Source: Anthoceros angustus (lineage: Eukaryota; Plantae; Anthocerotophyta). Taken from it: 64,000 nt of DNA. Below are positions 12,226-25,749 of the stretch, piece after piece (position 1 is the first letter of the stretch; the number at the start of each line of letters is the position of its first letter). The notes beneath the pieces were generated by a model, which was not told the DNA's origin, searched no databases, and saw nothing but the letters and a program-made list of their open reading frames with translations. Both the position numbers and the translations under genes were made by a program. Location: contig VJWM01000117.1 in the NCBI GenBank assembly GCA_010909165.1, forward strand, positions 1 through 64,000, in the 5' to 3' direction.

Positions 12226-12234
12226 CAGAAAGTC

Positions 12235-12373
12235 GCATCGCGGTCATGGCACTAAATGGGTCCATGTCTAAACCGCACTCTATCCCAACACACATCACTC
12301 ACGCATACCCTAAGTGATACGGAAATGATAATATCCTACGTCAAGCAACAGAGAGGGTGAACAAAGAAAATGG
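12235..12373. repeat. Terminal repeat A, copy 2
   Basis: Near-identical to 11628-11762 but followed by non-B sequence. Confidence 0.93.
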
Positions 12374-12899
12374 CCCCCGTCAAGTCGTCATCACCACTAC
12401 TAGAAACAAATTGTTTGTTATGCCGCGATTACTAATATTGCCTTCTTGTTACGTAAACGATGACTTTGTTACACAAGGCATGTGGTCTCACGGACCTAAG
12501 AATCGTAATAAACCTAATATCTAAGACCCGTGACAACCAAATCTTATAACTATGAGGTGCGGGGTAAGGCCCGGTGGTTCAGAACCCGGGTTTGTCGGTA
12601 ACCAGTCGGTCGTCGGTGTGGTGTTGGACGTGTCTGCCCTCATGTTCGCACGCACTGCTTTGGAACCGCGAGCCGGAGTTTTTATTTTGAAATCTAAAGG
12701 TTTCCGGGTTTGCTGGTTTTGATGCCTCTCCCGACATGTGAACTTGCCATGTGGCATGTACAATGTCCACTTGGCCACATTATATTCTCGCATGATTTAT
12801 CGAATTTATACCGCGCATTTTATAGGTGGCTCTAAACGAATACATATAAATTCACAAAACTTGCATGTACTATACGGTATCGCAGACGATCGCACGGAA

Positions 12900-15670
12900 G
12901 TCGGATGTATGTGCATCCAAGCACTAATCATAATCACCTGGGTATCTCACCAGATCGCTTATGACGCTTTTTCGCCTTTCGCTTTTCGCTTCGGTCCTCG
13001 AGGGTTTGTAGCCCGCCTTTTTCCGGCGCTCGGTGAATGCCATCGCCTCATGCACATCGTGCTCGTTGTGCTCGCATGAGAAAGAATCCACATCAACCCC
13101 ACAACGCATGACATGCATGTGGACATATAAATTTGGTCATGGCTCACCTTGACCCTTCGCTTTGTCTTTCCCCTTGGCACTTGGCACTTTGAGTCACCGC
13201 CGCAGCTCGTGCCTCGTTACTCGCCTCCAATGTGGCAACATGTACTTTATGCCGCCCCTTGTTCTTGAAACTTTCCAGACGCTGTTCAGATTTTCGACAT
13301 CGTCCGTGTCAAATCTCGATTGGCCTCCTCCTAGTGACTCGTTGTGCCATCTCACCGTATGTTGTTTTCCATGTCCTTTCACCCTCGCCACTTCCTCCTC
13401 CTGCTGTCCCCATCCTCGTTGTCTTTGCCTCCCGCAACTTCACGTTTCTTCCTCTCCGAATCACCTTCGTGATCCCTTCTTCTTCATCCGTTTTCCCCTT
13501 CGCACCATCCATCGACGGGCGCCGCCCATATCTGCTACCTTCGAATCCGGATCAATTATTGCAGATTTTCGTGAATGCTTTGACCCATTTCTCTCGTGGC
13601 GTCTCGCTTGGCCCCGATGCATACCTCGTGGATTTCAAAAACGCACGACCGCCCCGCACATCCCATAGTTCCGCATTTTTGTTAGTGGGCGGAGTGATCC
13701 AAAATCACACTCTCGTTGGCTCCCTCCCATACTTCTCTTGGAACTTAAAACCCATCCGGCTGTCCCTTGGCCCCATGGATTGGGCCCTTCTCCATTTGAT
13801 TTCTCCTCGAGTCTTAGCGCAAGTGATGCCTTGGATGGCAAAAATTTCCATCACCGAGTTCAACCTGCCCATGTGAGAATCTCCGCCATACCCTTTCATC
13901 TAGTGGAGGCTGAAAATCTGTCAATTTTTGCCTACCCTCTTCTCCTCCAGGCGCAGGGCTTTGGTCGCCTCGACATACTTGTTCCTTGTTCGAGTGTATT
14001 GGTGAACTCGATGAAATCATCCCTTTGCGAGAAGATCCGGCCGAGCCATACATGCACATTTTCTTCCTCCGAGACAACGGCAAGTCGCTCCACTTTCGAA
14101 TTTCGTTTGCCGCTCGCAGACATTCCATGAACTTCTTATGCCTCGGGACTCAAGCCTAAGGTCAATGTAGATGGAGGCTTTGGCTTCCCGTGTGCTCCAT
14201 ATCTTCGAACTACCGAGTGCCACGTTGCTCTTGAATCCACCCTACTCCCGTGTTTTCAGCAAAGCTCGGACCGTTCGTGTTGTCTATTCCACCACAACCG
14301 CTTGCCCATCTTTGAAACATTGTGGGGAGGAAGCACACCGCCCCTGCGACAAAGTTCCCCGCCATACCTCGTGCAATACCCAAGCGAGCAACACGATGGC
14401 CACCGAGATTCCCTTCCGCTCAAAAGCTTCTTGGGAATCTGAACTTCATCGTGGGATGAAATCCTCCCCATATGCCACCGCTGTTAGCACCGACTGTGAT
14501 CGGATCCCACATCGCACATTTTCTCCCCAAACTCCACGTCGGGAAATCAAAGCGCTACCATGCAAGATAGCACGGCGGCGGATATGTAAAACAAGTAGGA
14601 GGGCATGTGACGCACAAGACATGGTCATACTAGGCAATTGCATGCCGAAGCTGCTCACTTTCAATCGGGAATTCAAAGATAGCCTACAAAGGAGTGCACT
14701 ATGCATCACACTATAGCTACAACCATCCACCACAACGATATGAACATGTTATGGGTCATATCACCGTCACCGACCATACATCACGTAGGGACCATCGAAT
14801 TACCGGCTAATCCGGGTGTCCAAGGTCGTAAGTTTGGGACGCAAGCTCACGCCCGGGATGGATGCACCACAACCTCGCCACACTTCCACCGACAGCAAGG
14901 TGTATTTCAATCCTTCAAGCCCGATCGATTGCGAATACCAACCGATGTTCGTGAATCAAACGGCATCGGAGCGGGAAGCTATGGAAGGCGGTGGTGCACA
15001 CCTCGGAAGGGTGTGGGTGCCCGACGCCGCCTCCTCCCATCCTGCACAACAACGAGGTCGATTCTTCGTCTTCCTGATCAACCAAGCTTGCATGGAAAAA
15101 ACCTCTACATTTCTTGCGGACGAGTGGTTGTTCCCTCGCAAAAGTAGAAAACAACGAGTCTAACCGTGTCCGGGATAGCGACAACGGCATGCGCGCCTTC
15201 GATTGGATGTTGTTGGCCTGCTAACAGTGGCGAAGAAATGTCCTGTGGCTGTATGCTTCTTCCTGTCACAGTGCGAGCCATACCGGCAAAAGTCAATATC
15301 AGATGCGGAATGCTATATTGAACCTACACCCCTACGCCACGGATTGCCGCTTAATTCAAATTGTGGGGGCTGCACGCACGCGTGCGGACGAATGACCAAC
15401 TGTTCCCTCGATCCGCCGCACCATGTGATGAAATGACCAGCAGATGAAACGTGCTCCATAGTATGCCGAAATGGCTGCCAATATCCGCCGGATCTTCTCT
15501 CCCCTCTTCGCCGGTGTGGCCACTGATCGTGTTCTTCGCATGGATTTTATTGCGCATATGTGCATGCAAACCGGTGGAGGTCGATCTCTGCCACCTTGAG
15601 TGCTTGTACACCGGCATGCACTTGCCACCTTCTGCTTGTTACATCGAAGTTGCGGCGTATCCGCCTCATT
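12900..15670 (-). pseudogene. CACTA TnpA/Ptta-like second gene (fragmented, probably multi-exon)
   Basis: Lies downstream of Tnp2 on the same strand. Ptta-like segment KFQEKYGREPTR near 13710-13750. Boundaries approximate. Confidence 0.5.
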
Positions 15671-15729
15671 GAGCAGCCAAATCCTTTAACCTAAAAACCT
15701 TTATGGGCACTTATAGGTATTAGAAAATG

Positions 15730-15917
15730 CCATAATCCAGGACAATGGCCATTATCCAAGGACAATGGCCATTATCCTTGGCTAATGGCCATTATCCTGG
15801 GACAATGGCCATTGTCCCTGGATGATGGACATTAGCCAAGGAAAATGGCCATTGTCCTTGGACAATGGCCATTAGCCAAGGACAATGGCCATTAGCCAAG
15901 AAAAATGGCCATTATCC
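15730..15917. repeat. ~20-bp quasi-palindromic tandem repeat (ggacaatggccattatcc), ~9 copies
   Basis: Directly visible; each unit is centred on the palindrome aatggccatt. Confidence 0.93.
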
Positions 15918-16899
15918 GTGCTTCATTAAATACCAGCGCAACCTCATCGTGTCATCAAGTGCCATGATGCCGTTGGCCCGCCGACCACCGGCCGACGCCG
16001 CTGGGACGCGCTGCTCATAACCTCGCGTGGCGAGCACGCTTGTCCGTGCCGCCGATTGCGACGTGAACTGCATTGTCAAGATGCTAATCTCCTACTTCAT
16101 GCTACCCATCCTTCCGCCACCGCCGAGCTTTTGCTGTTTTGCTATGCTGCGTTAGCACCTTCCCCTGCACCCTTCAATGTCGCATCTTTGGAATGTTTCG
16201 TTTGTGCACACCTCCCTCACCTACCGTCCTTGTTGCCCATTTAATTGTGGATGGTGGCTTTGCGGCATTGGCGGAAGTGGACCGGCAATGGCTGGAGAGC
16301 CGTTGGAGGCGGAGACCGCGCCGCCGCCCACATGGAGGATCATCCGTCGAGACATGGGTTGATGCTGGACATATCGGCTGACTTCCCTCAATCGAGCCCG
16401 TGGAGCGAAGAAGGTGCTCGCTGGTTGTCGCTCCGCTCATCGAGTGATGTCTTAGATGCTCGCAGACGTCTGCTCGAAATTGGGAGGTGTTTGCTGGAGA
16501 TCACGGAGTGGATGGATATGTTGCCGGATTTGGATATTCGGGATTGGTTTATCTGAGCGCACTTGGTGGGTCAGTATTCAGAGAGTGCGGCTGCCGCCTT
16601 AAATGTCGTATTGCACGTTATTAACACCGTCCAGTTGTTTTGGAGTGAAAAACCGTACATCCTCCATTATGGAAGGGGGCGAGAGAAGTAGGATGTGAGT
16701 TGAGCTGGTACGGCTTCCAGAGACACCCTTATGTTTTGATGCCACAAAGGCCCTATGCCGCATAGCAAATTGATTTCAATCAACGCGCATGTTCTCTCGG
16801 TTTCAATCCCGCCTATAACCCTAGTTTCATTGTGCATCTCCGCGGCGACTCCCATGTATCAAGCTCGGATGAAAGCGTCAACCTTGTAAATCAATCTTC

Positions 16900-19800
16900 A
16901 TCCTCATTTGCTCGCCGGCTCTCCACCCGTGCAGAGTGGGGGCTATTGCCCACCCTCTATTCTCCGCTTGACCATCCGGATGTAGGATACCTGCGTCACT
17001 TGATGCGGCCATATGAATGGTGTGTCCATGTCATCTGCGACATAATGACGGCGTGTACACAAGGTCGAATCCACCCAATGTAGACCTTATGGATGAATCG
17101 CCATTCGGGTTGCACTCATACCACTTAACCTTCAAGATAAGAGGTTCATACCGACGAGCGAACGCGCAATATCTCTTGCACATTGCCGTAGTAAGTCCGA
17201 TCCTCCGTCTCCCATTACGTCGTGTGTAGACACCGCTATCTTGGGTGGTTTTCCTGTGCATATCTGCGACTATAGTGCGGAGGTGGCTACCTTTGCATAT
17301 CATGTGCTTGTATGCGTTGCCACAATGGAAGGGCCGTCCATGAGCGCGGCAACGCTCATCGTCATATGCGGCAAGCCCTCCCAACGTCCTCCATTTCGAC
17401 CATCATGAATCCAAGCCCGAAAGGAAGGGTTGTGTCCCATGTCTGGTTAATTTCCTCACGGTACATAAGAAAGGGTCCATAACCGTGGTGTGTAACAAAG
17501 ACGAAGGTGTGGACTTGGTGCTCCGTGGTAAATTTGTATGCTCGTCCTATCCCTAAGGTCTTCTCGTGGGCATCCCGTCTGACACCGCGCCAAATATGGT
17601 CTCGATGGATAATGTTGGGAGAAAGGACTTTGCATAATGCAAAGACTCATCTCGACGTAACCTTCCGCCATCCGCCTCCGGTTTGCTACGCGGGATTGTT
17701 CCTTTCTGCTTCGGATACCTTTCAGCGGGATACATCCATCGCACGTGAACCGCCCTAGAGCGCAACCTCATCCACCAAGTGGATTATGAGATGGGTCGAT
17801 ATGTCGAACAAGTTGGGAATTCTCTTTCCAACTCACACATCACCTCGATGCACTCTTGTTGCATTCTCCCAACCTCATGGCGGTATTCTTCACCGGCATA
17901 TCCACCGATAAAGTTTCGAGTCCGCCAACGCTTTATATAGATGGTTTGATTCGACCTCGCAAAACAATTGGAAAATAAATCTCCATGAGTATATGCCAAT
18001 CATGGGCTTTCAAATTCCCCACCGAGACATCTTTGCCGCAATGTTTGACGATATCCAGGTAACCTTATTGCTTGCATTTCCAAAAACCAAATCCAAGTCC
18101 GAGGACATAGGAGCGAAACGCGTTTCCAAAAGGCCATAGCTCCTTCTTTCCCCATATTGTTCCATGTCTAAGCGTGATCTAATATCATCTTTCTCCCCTA
18201 TGAAGGTGCCACAGTAGCCTCCGCATTGTTCTTTTCAACGTGCATGACATCTTTACGTGCCTTAAGCATATACCTCCAATACGGATATTCAAACCATAAA
18301 GACTGCGGTGGTCCCGAACTTGCCCTTTCCTCAACTCTCTCAACGTGCAACCTCTCTCCTGTCCATATCCCATGAGGTCATCATAGGAGGGGGTTGTGGG
18401 ACGCCTCTCCTCTTCATTATCGATCCAAGTCCGGCCTCCGCATTGGATGGTTGCGCGAAGCCACCGTATCCAAGGTACTCCTCCGTACGTGGTGGGCCCA
18501 ACGAGAGTGCAACGACCAACAATCTACACATGCCCTAGAACCTTTCACCGAAAGCTTAGTGTACCGATTCGGATAATCACTATGGTGTCATGCTCGCAAC
18601 AAACGCTGCCTAGGATCTTCCGATGGGAGAGAAAAGTCTTCCATAGGGATCCCATGCCATAGGTCTTTTAGCTCCTCCAAGAGGTTCTAGGTAAACATCA
18701 AAGTTAGGCACAATATGGGGACCCGGACGATAAGGGGCATGATGATATGACCCCTTTGTGCTAAGCCATGGCGGTAGGTTGTGCGAAAAAGCATTACAGC
18801 CAAATGGATGTCGTGGTGACTGTGTCCAAAAGGTTAAATCCACCAAGAGCGAGGATGTTCCGGGTTCACTACCAAGCCATCCAATCCATCAAGAGCCTCC
18901 CACGCGGTTCCGCCATTATGCCCATGGAGCCATCACAACTCCGGAGTTCCGTGTAGGATGTCGTCAATCTGGCAGTGTCGGTGCTCTAAAAATCCGGTTG
19001 AGCCTATCCTTCAAAGGGAAATGCCACATGACCTTTCGAGCCGTTCGCCTCGACCCATTTGGCAACCCGGTCCCCTCCACGTACCTGTCTGCATCACATT
19101 TTATGCAGTGATCATCTCCGGCATATGGGCCCCGGAAGAGCAGGCAGTCATTAACGCAGACATGAATCTTCTCGAACCGCGGCCCAAAGGAAAACAAAGT
19201 TTTTTTGGCTTCTGACATGGACTTCGGCAGTGAATTCCCTTCAGGCAACAAATGCACCGAAATCACCTGGAAAATATCAGACATAGCCACATCTGAAATA
19301 CCATGCATTGTTTGGATCGAAACGAGAAGCAAGGTGGCAGTCAATCGGGTCTCTTTGGAAAGACATGCTTCTTCCACGGTGAACAAAGAGCCGTGGCGGC
19401 CTCACTTTCTGTCCGGGCACATCTCGGAACACTGCGCCATGAGGTCATCAAGTCGGCATCCAAGTCGGTATCATCAATGGGATGCATCCATTTCCCTCGA
19501 CTCGATGACTCTTCATTAGATGAAACCATAGGTATCTCGGGCTCCGTTTCTTGGTTCATCTCTCGGGGAGCGCGGCCGCGGGTGTGATTGCGTCCCGATG
19601 TCACTATAGGCTCGCTGATGCCTCCACATTCCCATTAACACGCCCAACATTGGCAACGCTGCGGTCAAACGGCGTGGCGGCCAATAGTCGCTTGAGCGCG
19701 CTAACCTTGCATCATGTTCAACCGCATGCACCAAGAAGAACATCGATGATGATTGCCGGTTTCCATGTATTATTCAAACAAGCCAATTATGGAAACATTT

Positions 19801-20250
19801 CAACGCAGGACATTTCGCATCCACCCATCACGGAACCATCCTCGAATAGTTTCGGCGTGAACCGAGACGTGGTGGAATGGTCACGGTCTTGCCTTCACAC
19901 GCCGGAGACGAGGACACATCATGTACGTTGTCAACCGGATCTCCTCTTGAACCATAGTGGGAAAGTGCGTGTGGAAACCCGTCTTCGCTGGAAGCGCCCA
20001 TCGCCGCCACTTCGCCCACCGCAACCATCATGCCCCCAATCGCACCGACGCAGAAAATGGCGAATGGATGGAACGACCCAAGCGGATGGAACAAAACCCA
20101 AGCGCGCATGCCCAATTGCAAATGACACGGTGCAATTGGCGAATGAGGTTCACAACCACTCCGAGACTTCACCAAGACCCGCAACATCCATACACAACAT
20201 CCAATGCACGAACCTTGGGAAATAGGTGGTGTCACCGCACGGATTCCTAA
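16900..20250 (-). pseudogene. CACTA Tnp2/TnpD transposase (frameshifted)
   Basis: LLPEGNSLPKS...KIHVCVNDCLLF...CIKC...RKVMWHFPLKDRL; NLPPWL; FDVYLEPL; MCELEREFP; LILKVKWY (DUF4216-like). Confidence 0.92.
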
Positions 20251-20699
20251 ATGGATTCGTGGAACCGAGATTGCACACGCGGCTAACGTCATTGTTGATG
20301 CCACAGACATGCCACAACCGCTTGGCGTTGGACACCACTTCTTTCCTTTGCGGAAGAGGGTCGGCGAAAACCGGTGGATATCGCAACACGGTGCATGTCA
20401 CGACAACTAACCTACCGCTAGGCCTAGCCAAGGTCACCAATTGAGGAGCGGTGGTGGGTATACGGCGTCGAGTAGTGCGCTAGCTGCTTACCAACCAACG
20501 TCTCTCACTAGCCTTTGTCACATTCTCATTCAGCCATGTGCACTAACAAGAAAAGGGTGCGCCCTGGCTTCCTTCTCTACATTGTAGGCAACTTGATTCG
20601 TGATTGCCAATCGCTATTGGGCGTTCCCAAAAATGGAGGACACACGAGATCGAGGCGCACGACATGCGAGTTGTCCCACCCCATCACCGAGACACGGCA

Positions 20700-22814
20700 T
20701 GGAGGCTTGTTTCATCGCCATGGCAAACCCACCCATCGAGTACCAAGAGGGACTGCGTAAGCGGGGCATTGGGTGTGAACGCCGACGAAAGACTACTTGT
20801 CGGTGGACCAGCTCCCCACCACCCGAACGAGGAAGAGGTTGCCATCCCGTATGGAGGCCGACTTGGGGCGGTCGAAGGCCGGAGAAGGTGTATGTCCGGG
20901 CATTCCGCCGGGACGCAGAGTATGCAAGAGTGGGCACCGGAAAGGGAGATGGATGGTGCAGTCATGGAGGAAAGGGTTGCGAAATGCATCAGTGACGAAG
21001 GGCTAGCTTGGAAGAGGATGGACCTTTGCCTTGCAGACATACACCGACACACAAGTGTGCATGCTCGGGCAGCTAGGATTGGGTTTCTGGACGAGCCAAG
21101 GAGCTGGCAATTCGTTTACAAAGCCGTAGAGGCACTCCGGAAAAGCGCGTGAACATCTTAATGAGGTTTGAGACTCCTAGGAGAAAATGTATTGTGATGC
21201 CATGATGTCGGCGCACAAGTTCAATGTGTTGGTTATGCGAAGGAGGCCCGTTCGCGAAATGATCTCGACCTAACCGGGCACAATGGATTGGAGGAACTTG
21301 GATGTCTTTGCGAAGAGGCAGTACCACAAGTGGATGTGGGGAAACACATCTATGTGTGAACGTGGCCCTCTTTGGGAAGAGCGTCGGTATTTGCTATGGA
21401 CAGGCCCAGTATGCGGAGATCCATGCTTACTAGTCCTTCAATAGCATGTGGCCTTGTGACCATTGTGAGGCGGTGCGGATGGTGCCAATTTCTTGTGTGG
21501 CAAACGAGGCTTTTGTTCACGCAATAGGGTGGACCATTTTGGATACGGACTTCAAATGCAATGACGAGGGCAATACCAGCTCCTTGAGGCGGTGAGATGA
21601 TTGTTGAGGCTGCTACATGGCTGGAGGACTACTATATGGGCTGCTAGTGGGCGATCACATGGGTACTTGTTCGGATACAAAGCCTTGCCGAGGCAAAGGG
21701 CTGGAGGTGCAGAAGGGAGTTCTACCCCAGTGGGACAAAGAAAATTGGTATTTGAATTTGTTGGAAGCCTAAATGCATAACACCGGTATTCACCCTTGAT
21801 CCGTGTGTTCTTGGTTCTCCTAACGTGTGTGAGAAGGCGGTGTGTCGCAGAGTTCTCTTGTCAAGAGAATCCTTGTTCGACGGTGAAAGTCTTTGAGTGG
21901 CAAGGCTGTGGATCCGATCTTGTACAACTGTGATGACAAGTTCTTAGCACCTTTGCCAACCTTCTTCCTCGGACGGGTCCCGATCTCGTCAATAATCTCC
22001 ATGCTCATGCGGAATGAAAGTGCGGCTTCTATCACTTTGAGGAATCGAGTTCTCTCCTAAGTAGTCCATTGAGGCCACATTTCACAATCATCCACAAACA
22101 CAAACCAAAGAAAACACACGGTTTACAAAAGTGCTTACCATCAATGTTATGAAGTTGCACAAGAGAGCCATGGCTTGGGGTCCCAAGGGTGAGGGACGTC
22201 ACATCGGCCCGCCAAACTGATCGCGGACAATGATTCTTCTCGTTGTGGCCTTCCGATTTTTCGACATGCCATGCGGCGGGAGGAAGACCTTGGTTTGACA
22301 TAAGGCACCTTCAACAGGCGCAGATGGAGCCTCACAAAGGAAGATCCCATGCCCGTGACGCTGGCACCGGGAGGTCAAACATTGCTTTGGAACATGCTCC
22401 TTTCCATCTAAAAGGTTGTTCGGTTCCTCGCCTACAAGAGATGATGAAGCACCTCCGTTTTCCGATGTTGTTCTTCGCAAATGGGGACAGGAGAGAAAGA
22501 ATATTATTAGAAAATGGCTCGATGATCCTTCCACTGTACACGTGCCACAACCGTTAATCACCTTTAAATGCGCATGGCATTGGGAAATGTAGCCAAAGAA
22601 TGCAGAGAACACGCATAAGCTCGTGGCATGTACTTTAAAAAGGTGGGTGACGGGCCGACGAATGGAACCGAGGAAAACACATTGGGCCACGGATACCCGT
22701 GGGATAGCTATTTTTAACACAAGAAAAGGGTGGAGATTCGGCAATGGGGACAAGCGCCCCATTATTGAAGACACAAGTGTTATATTGCAACAGAACAAAC
22801 ATGTCCTATTATGA
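20700..22814 (+). pseudogene. Unidentified fragmented coding region, antisense to Gypsy copy B
   Basis: Protein-like stretches such as MEERVAKCISDEGLAWKRMDLCLADIH and DVVLRKWGQERKNIIRKWLDDP...RKTHWATDTRGIAIFNTRKGWRFG. No family recognised. Confidence 0.35.
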
Positions 22815-23559
22815 CATGCCCTCCTCCAAACCAAAATTTGTAACGATTGTGTGGCCATAACAAACTACGCAACATAAAAGCGTAACAAACACCCTCATTC
22901 TAATGAAATGCAACAGAGGTGTGGCAACACTTGGGCATGTTAATACCGTAAACTACCGAGAAAGCGTCGAACATGCTATCACGCAGCTTGAGGTCGCGGT
23001 TTGTCGCTCCGCACCACTTGTGCTCAAAAGTGCCACTCGCCGTTCCTCGGTCGAAATATTCATCCACTTGAGCTTTGCAACGTCTCTCCCTCAGCACGAT
23101 CTGCCGAGGCGATTTCTTCTTCCTCGATCCTTTGTCACTCCGTTTTGACTCGGGAAATGTTGTTCAACCCGTTGGCGTAGAATTGCTTCTCAATGCATTG
23201 AGCACGCAAGAAATCCCCCCGTTATTGTTAAGCAAATACCAACATTGACGTTGGTTCATCCCACTCCGGGATGCCGGTTCGTAAGCCGCAAACACCTGTA
23301 AAATGCCACAGGATAGCCAATGGCATATCGTCCACCTTCTCTCGATGGAAATGGTGAGCCATACCTTCAATGCGCACATCCGGCGGCTTCTCCTTACGCT
23401 GTACATTAAGAACCCTTCCTTGGGCGGTGATCAAAGACTGATGCATAAACAAGTGATGCTCCGACTTACGAAACACCTTCACAATAACTTGTCGGACAAA
23501 AGCTCACATGCATTCATGCCGGCACCTGCAAGTTCAAAGAGATCCTTATGGTCATATGG

Positions 23560-24114
23560 GAAGTTTTCAGCACATGTCTCTTAGTGCGACTCCATGTACA
23601 GCAAGAGGCACCGCAACTCCGGGGAAGGTCTCCGGTCGTTCGGGCTTGCCAGGTTGATACTAGGTACCACGGGTGCGCCACTTGTCCTCCACGTTCGAAA
23701 TTGTGGCAGCTGTGAGGCATCCTGCGAAAACATGTTTTGCGGTGTGGTCGCCTCAAATCCATGTCGGCTAGTGGCTGCCGACAGAGGGGTAGTGCAGACC
23801 ACTGTCTTGGTCACTGGTAGGGCAAGTTAGTCCTACAGGTGTTAAACCTCCCACCACCCTTGCTCAATTCACGGTGACCAACGCCGCAGGTCGAGAGGTA
23901 CATGCACCAAACTAATCATCGGTGTGACCACGCGGTGGGTGATTTGCCGTTCGCATAACATGGGCGGGAACCCAGCTATCTCCAATCTCGGTGACCAACC
24001 CCTCTGGTGACATACATCTTTGGTGAGAGCAGCAATCAACCCCGTCCGTCGGGAATTGTAGCGCTCAACCGCCCGCCTGCGGTGGAGCCCTAACCTCACG
24101 CTTGCTCTTAGCAT
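23560..24114 (-). pseudogene. Alfin/PAL (DUF3594)-like domain remnant
   Basis: VERYNSRRTGLIAALTKDV (24013-24070), then CMY (~23900), WEV (23845-23853) and PVVPSINLA...LLYMESH (23585-23675). These are colinear with the Alfin consensus RRAGxIxALTxDV...LCLYG...WEV...PALGINFA...LVAVH, but spacing is longer than the consensus. Confidence 0.5.
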
Positions 24115-24342
24115 GCAACTCTCTCACACACTTTGTCATAATCCACGTTTACCTTATGAGGCGATTCTCGCCTCCTAGACTGCATATTGTTAGCGCCACT
24201 CGAGTTCCTTCGCCCCACGCTCCACGCCCTCGCGTCTGGGTGCATGATGCGCGGGCTTTATGGCACGTCTACCCTAAAATTCCCTTTTAACTGCGGTAGC
24301 CGGGTGGCGCTCCGCCCCCAACCCACTGGTTGGTCGCGAGAG

Positions 24343-24480
24343 CACATTGGTGGCGATTACCACTCTCCATCCGGTATCACCGTGAGAGGAGGTCGCGAAA
24401 AATGTATGATATCCCCGATTGCATTGTCACACAAAATCATGAGCTCGGGTCCGTTATTATGTGACTACACATTCGCAGCA
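24343..24480 (-). pseudogene. PHD finger at the integrase C-terminus
   Basis: Read across 1-bp indels: CE(x)C...GPELMILCD(x)CNRGYHTF(C)..PPLTVIPDGEW..C..C, the C4HC3 pattern. Confidence 0.85.
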
Positions 24481-25500
24481 AGTCAATCGGTGGCTTCCGC
24501 TTTGTAGTCCTCGTCCAAGTTTGGCGGTGGCATATGGTGCCAAGTGGCGCATATGCTCTCTTACAAGCGTCGTCCGTCCTTCCAATTCGACAACACCTTG
24601 CTCACCTACATTCACCACCCGTAAAATTAACGCCTGCTTACATCCAATGTGCACGATGGGCCGGTCTTTGTAAGTACACAGTCCCCACGTCAAATTTCCT
24701 CGCCTTGGGTTTCCACGAGCCACCTCGCGTGAAGGCATCGGTTGTCCGATGTTGAGCAATGGCCAAGTTGTCCATGGCCATTGGGATTACCCAGAAATAG
24801 TTTGGCGCAGTTTTTGCAACTCAAAACACGGATTACATGCCCCAATCCTTTGGTTTGGAATAGGCATACGCCACGATATTTGGCATTTTCGTCCAAACAT
24901 GATGTAATGCAATTTGAAGTTGCAGTGCAATGCACGGCGATCCTATACCCCAATACATATATGGCAACAACTCATCCGGTGGTTTCAACCTCAGTGCAAT
25001 ACTTGCGCGTCCTTGAAAGTTTGCACTAGCCGTTCCACCAGTCGACGAGGATGGTCCCAGGGCGTCGATGGTCTATCGAGCTCCGATCCAACAACGCTTG
25101 GAACTCCCACGAAACTCATTGCCTTGGTCCGTCAACACCTAACTTCCATATCACGAGAACACATTGCAAAAATCGCGGTGTACTTGGAACTTGATCGGAG
25201 AAAAGCCAACTCCACCACTTTGAAAAATGCTCTATCATCAACATGCAATGCTTGTTGCCCCGCAGTCAATGGTAGTTCGGGGCATCGTCAGAGACCATCG
25301 GAAGAACAACCCCTTGATGGGCGGCGTAATGTAGTATCCACATCACGGTACATTAAACCTCGCTTCAACTTTGCATCACAGCATCAGCCACCCATTCCAC
25401 ATCGCATACGACCAAAAGTATGTATTTTTCAACATGTGATCGTTCTCTTGGCGTAAAATGCCCCAACATCTTGTGCACTTTGGTCACTAACGATCTTGTC
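24481..25500 (-). pseudogene. pol: Gypsy integrase, copy B
   Basis: Core remnants TDQG (25101-25112) and ETTG.VA..Y, plus C-terminal ILRVVNVGEQGVVELEGR..VREH. Heavily frameshifted. Confidence 0.8.
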
Positions 25501-25749
25501 TCCCACGGGTGGCACCTCCTTGCTCACCCTCGATCAACCACATACACTTTACCGTCCTTATATGTATAGCGGCGATTCGTTCCGGCTTACGGAGCGCCAT
25601 TGAGTTCATGCCACCACATACCATCCTTTGACTGAATGGCATGCTCGAGGCTTCCATATGTCTCGGCCCCCTTCCTGGTGGTGCTGGTCATTATGCATTT
25701 GCGGCCATCAACGCTAATAAATACTGGGCACATGTTGATGGATCCAGTC

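Larger units (their letters stand above)
12395..20477 (-). mobile_element. CACTA (En/Spm) DNA transposon nested in Gypsy copy B
   Basis: Canonical TIR CACTACTAGAAA at 12395, preceded by cac. Best opposite end is ...tcgAGTAGTG at 20477, followed by cgc (imperfect 3-bp TSD, so this end is uncertain). Contains Tnp2 and TnpA-like genes. Confidence 0.75.
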
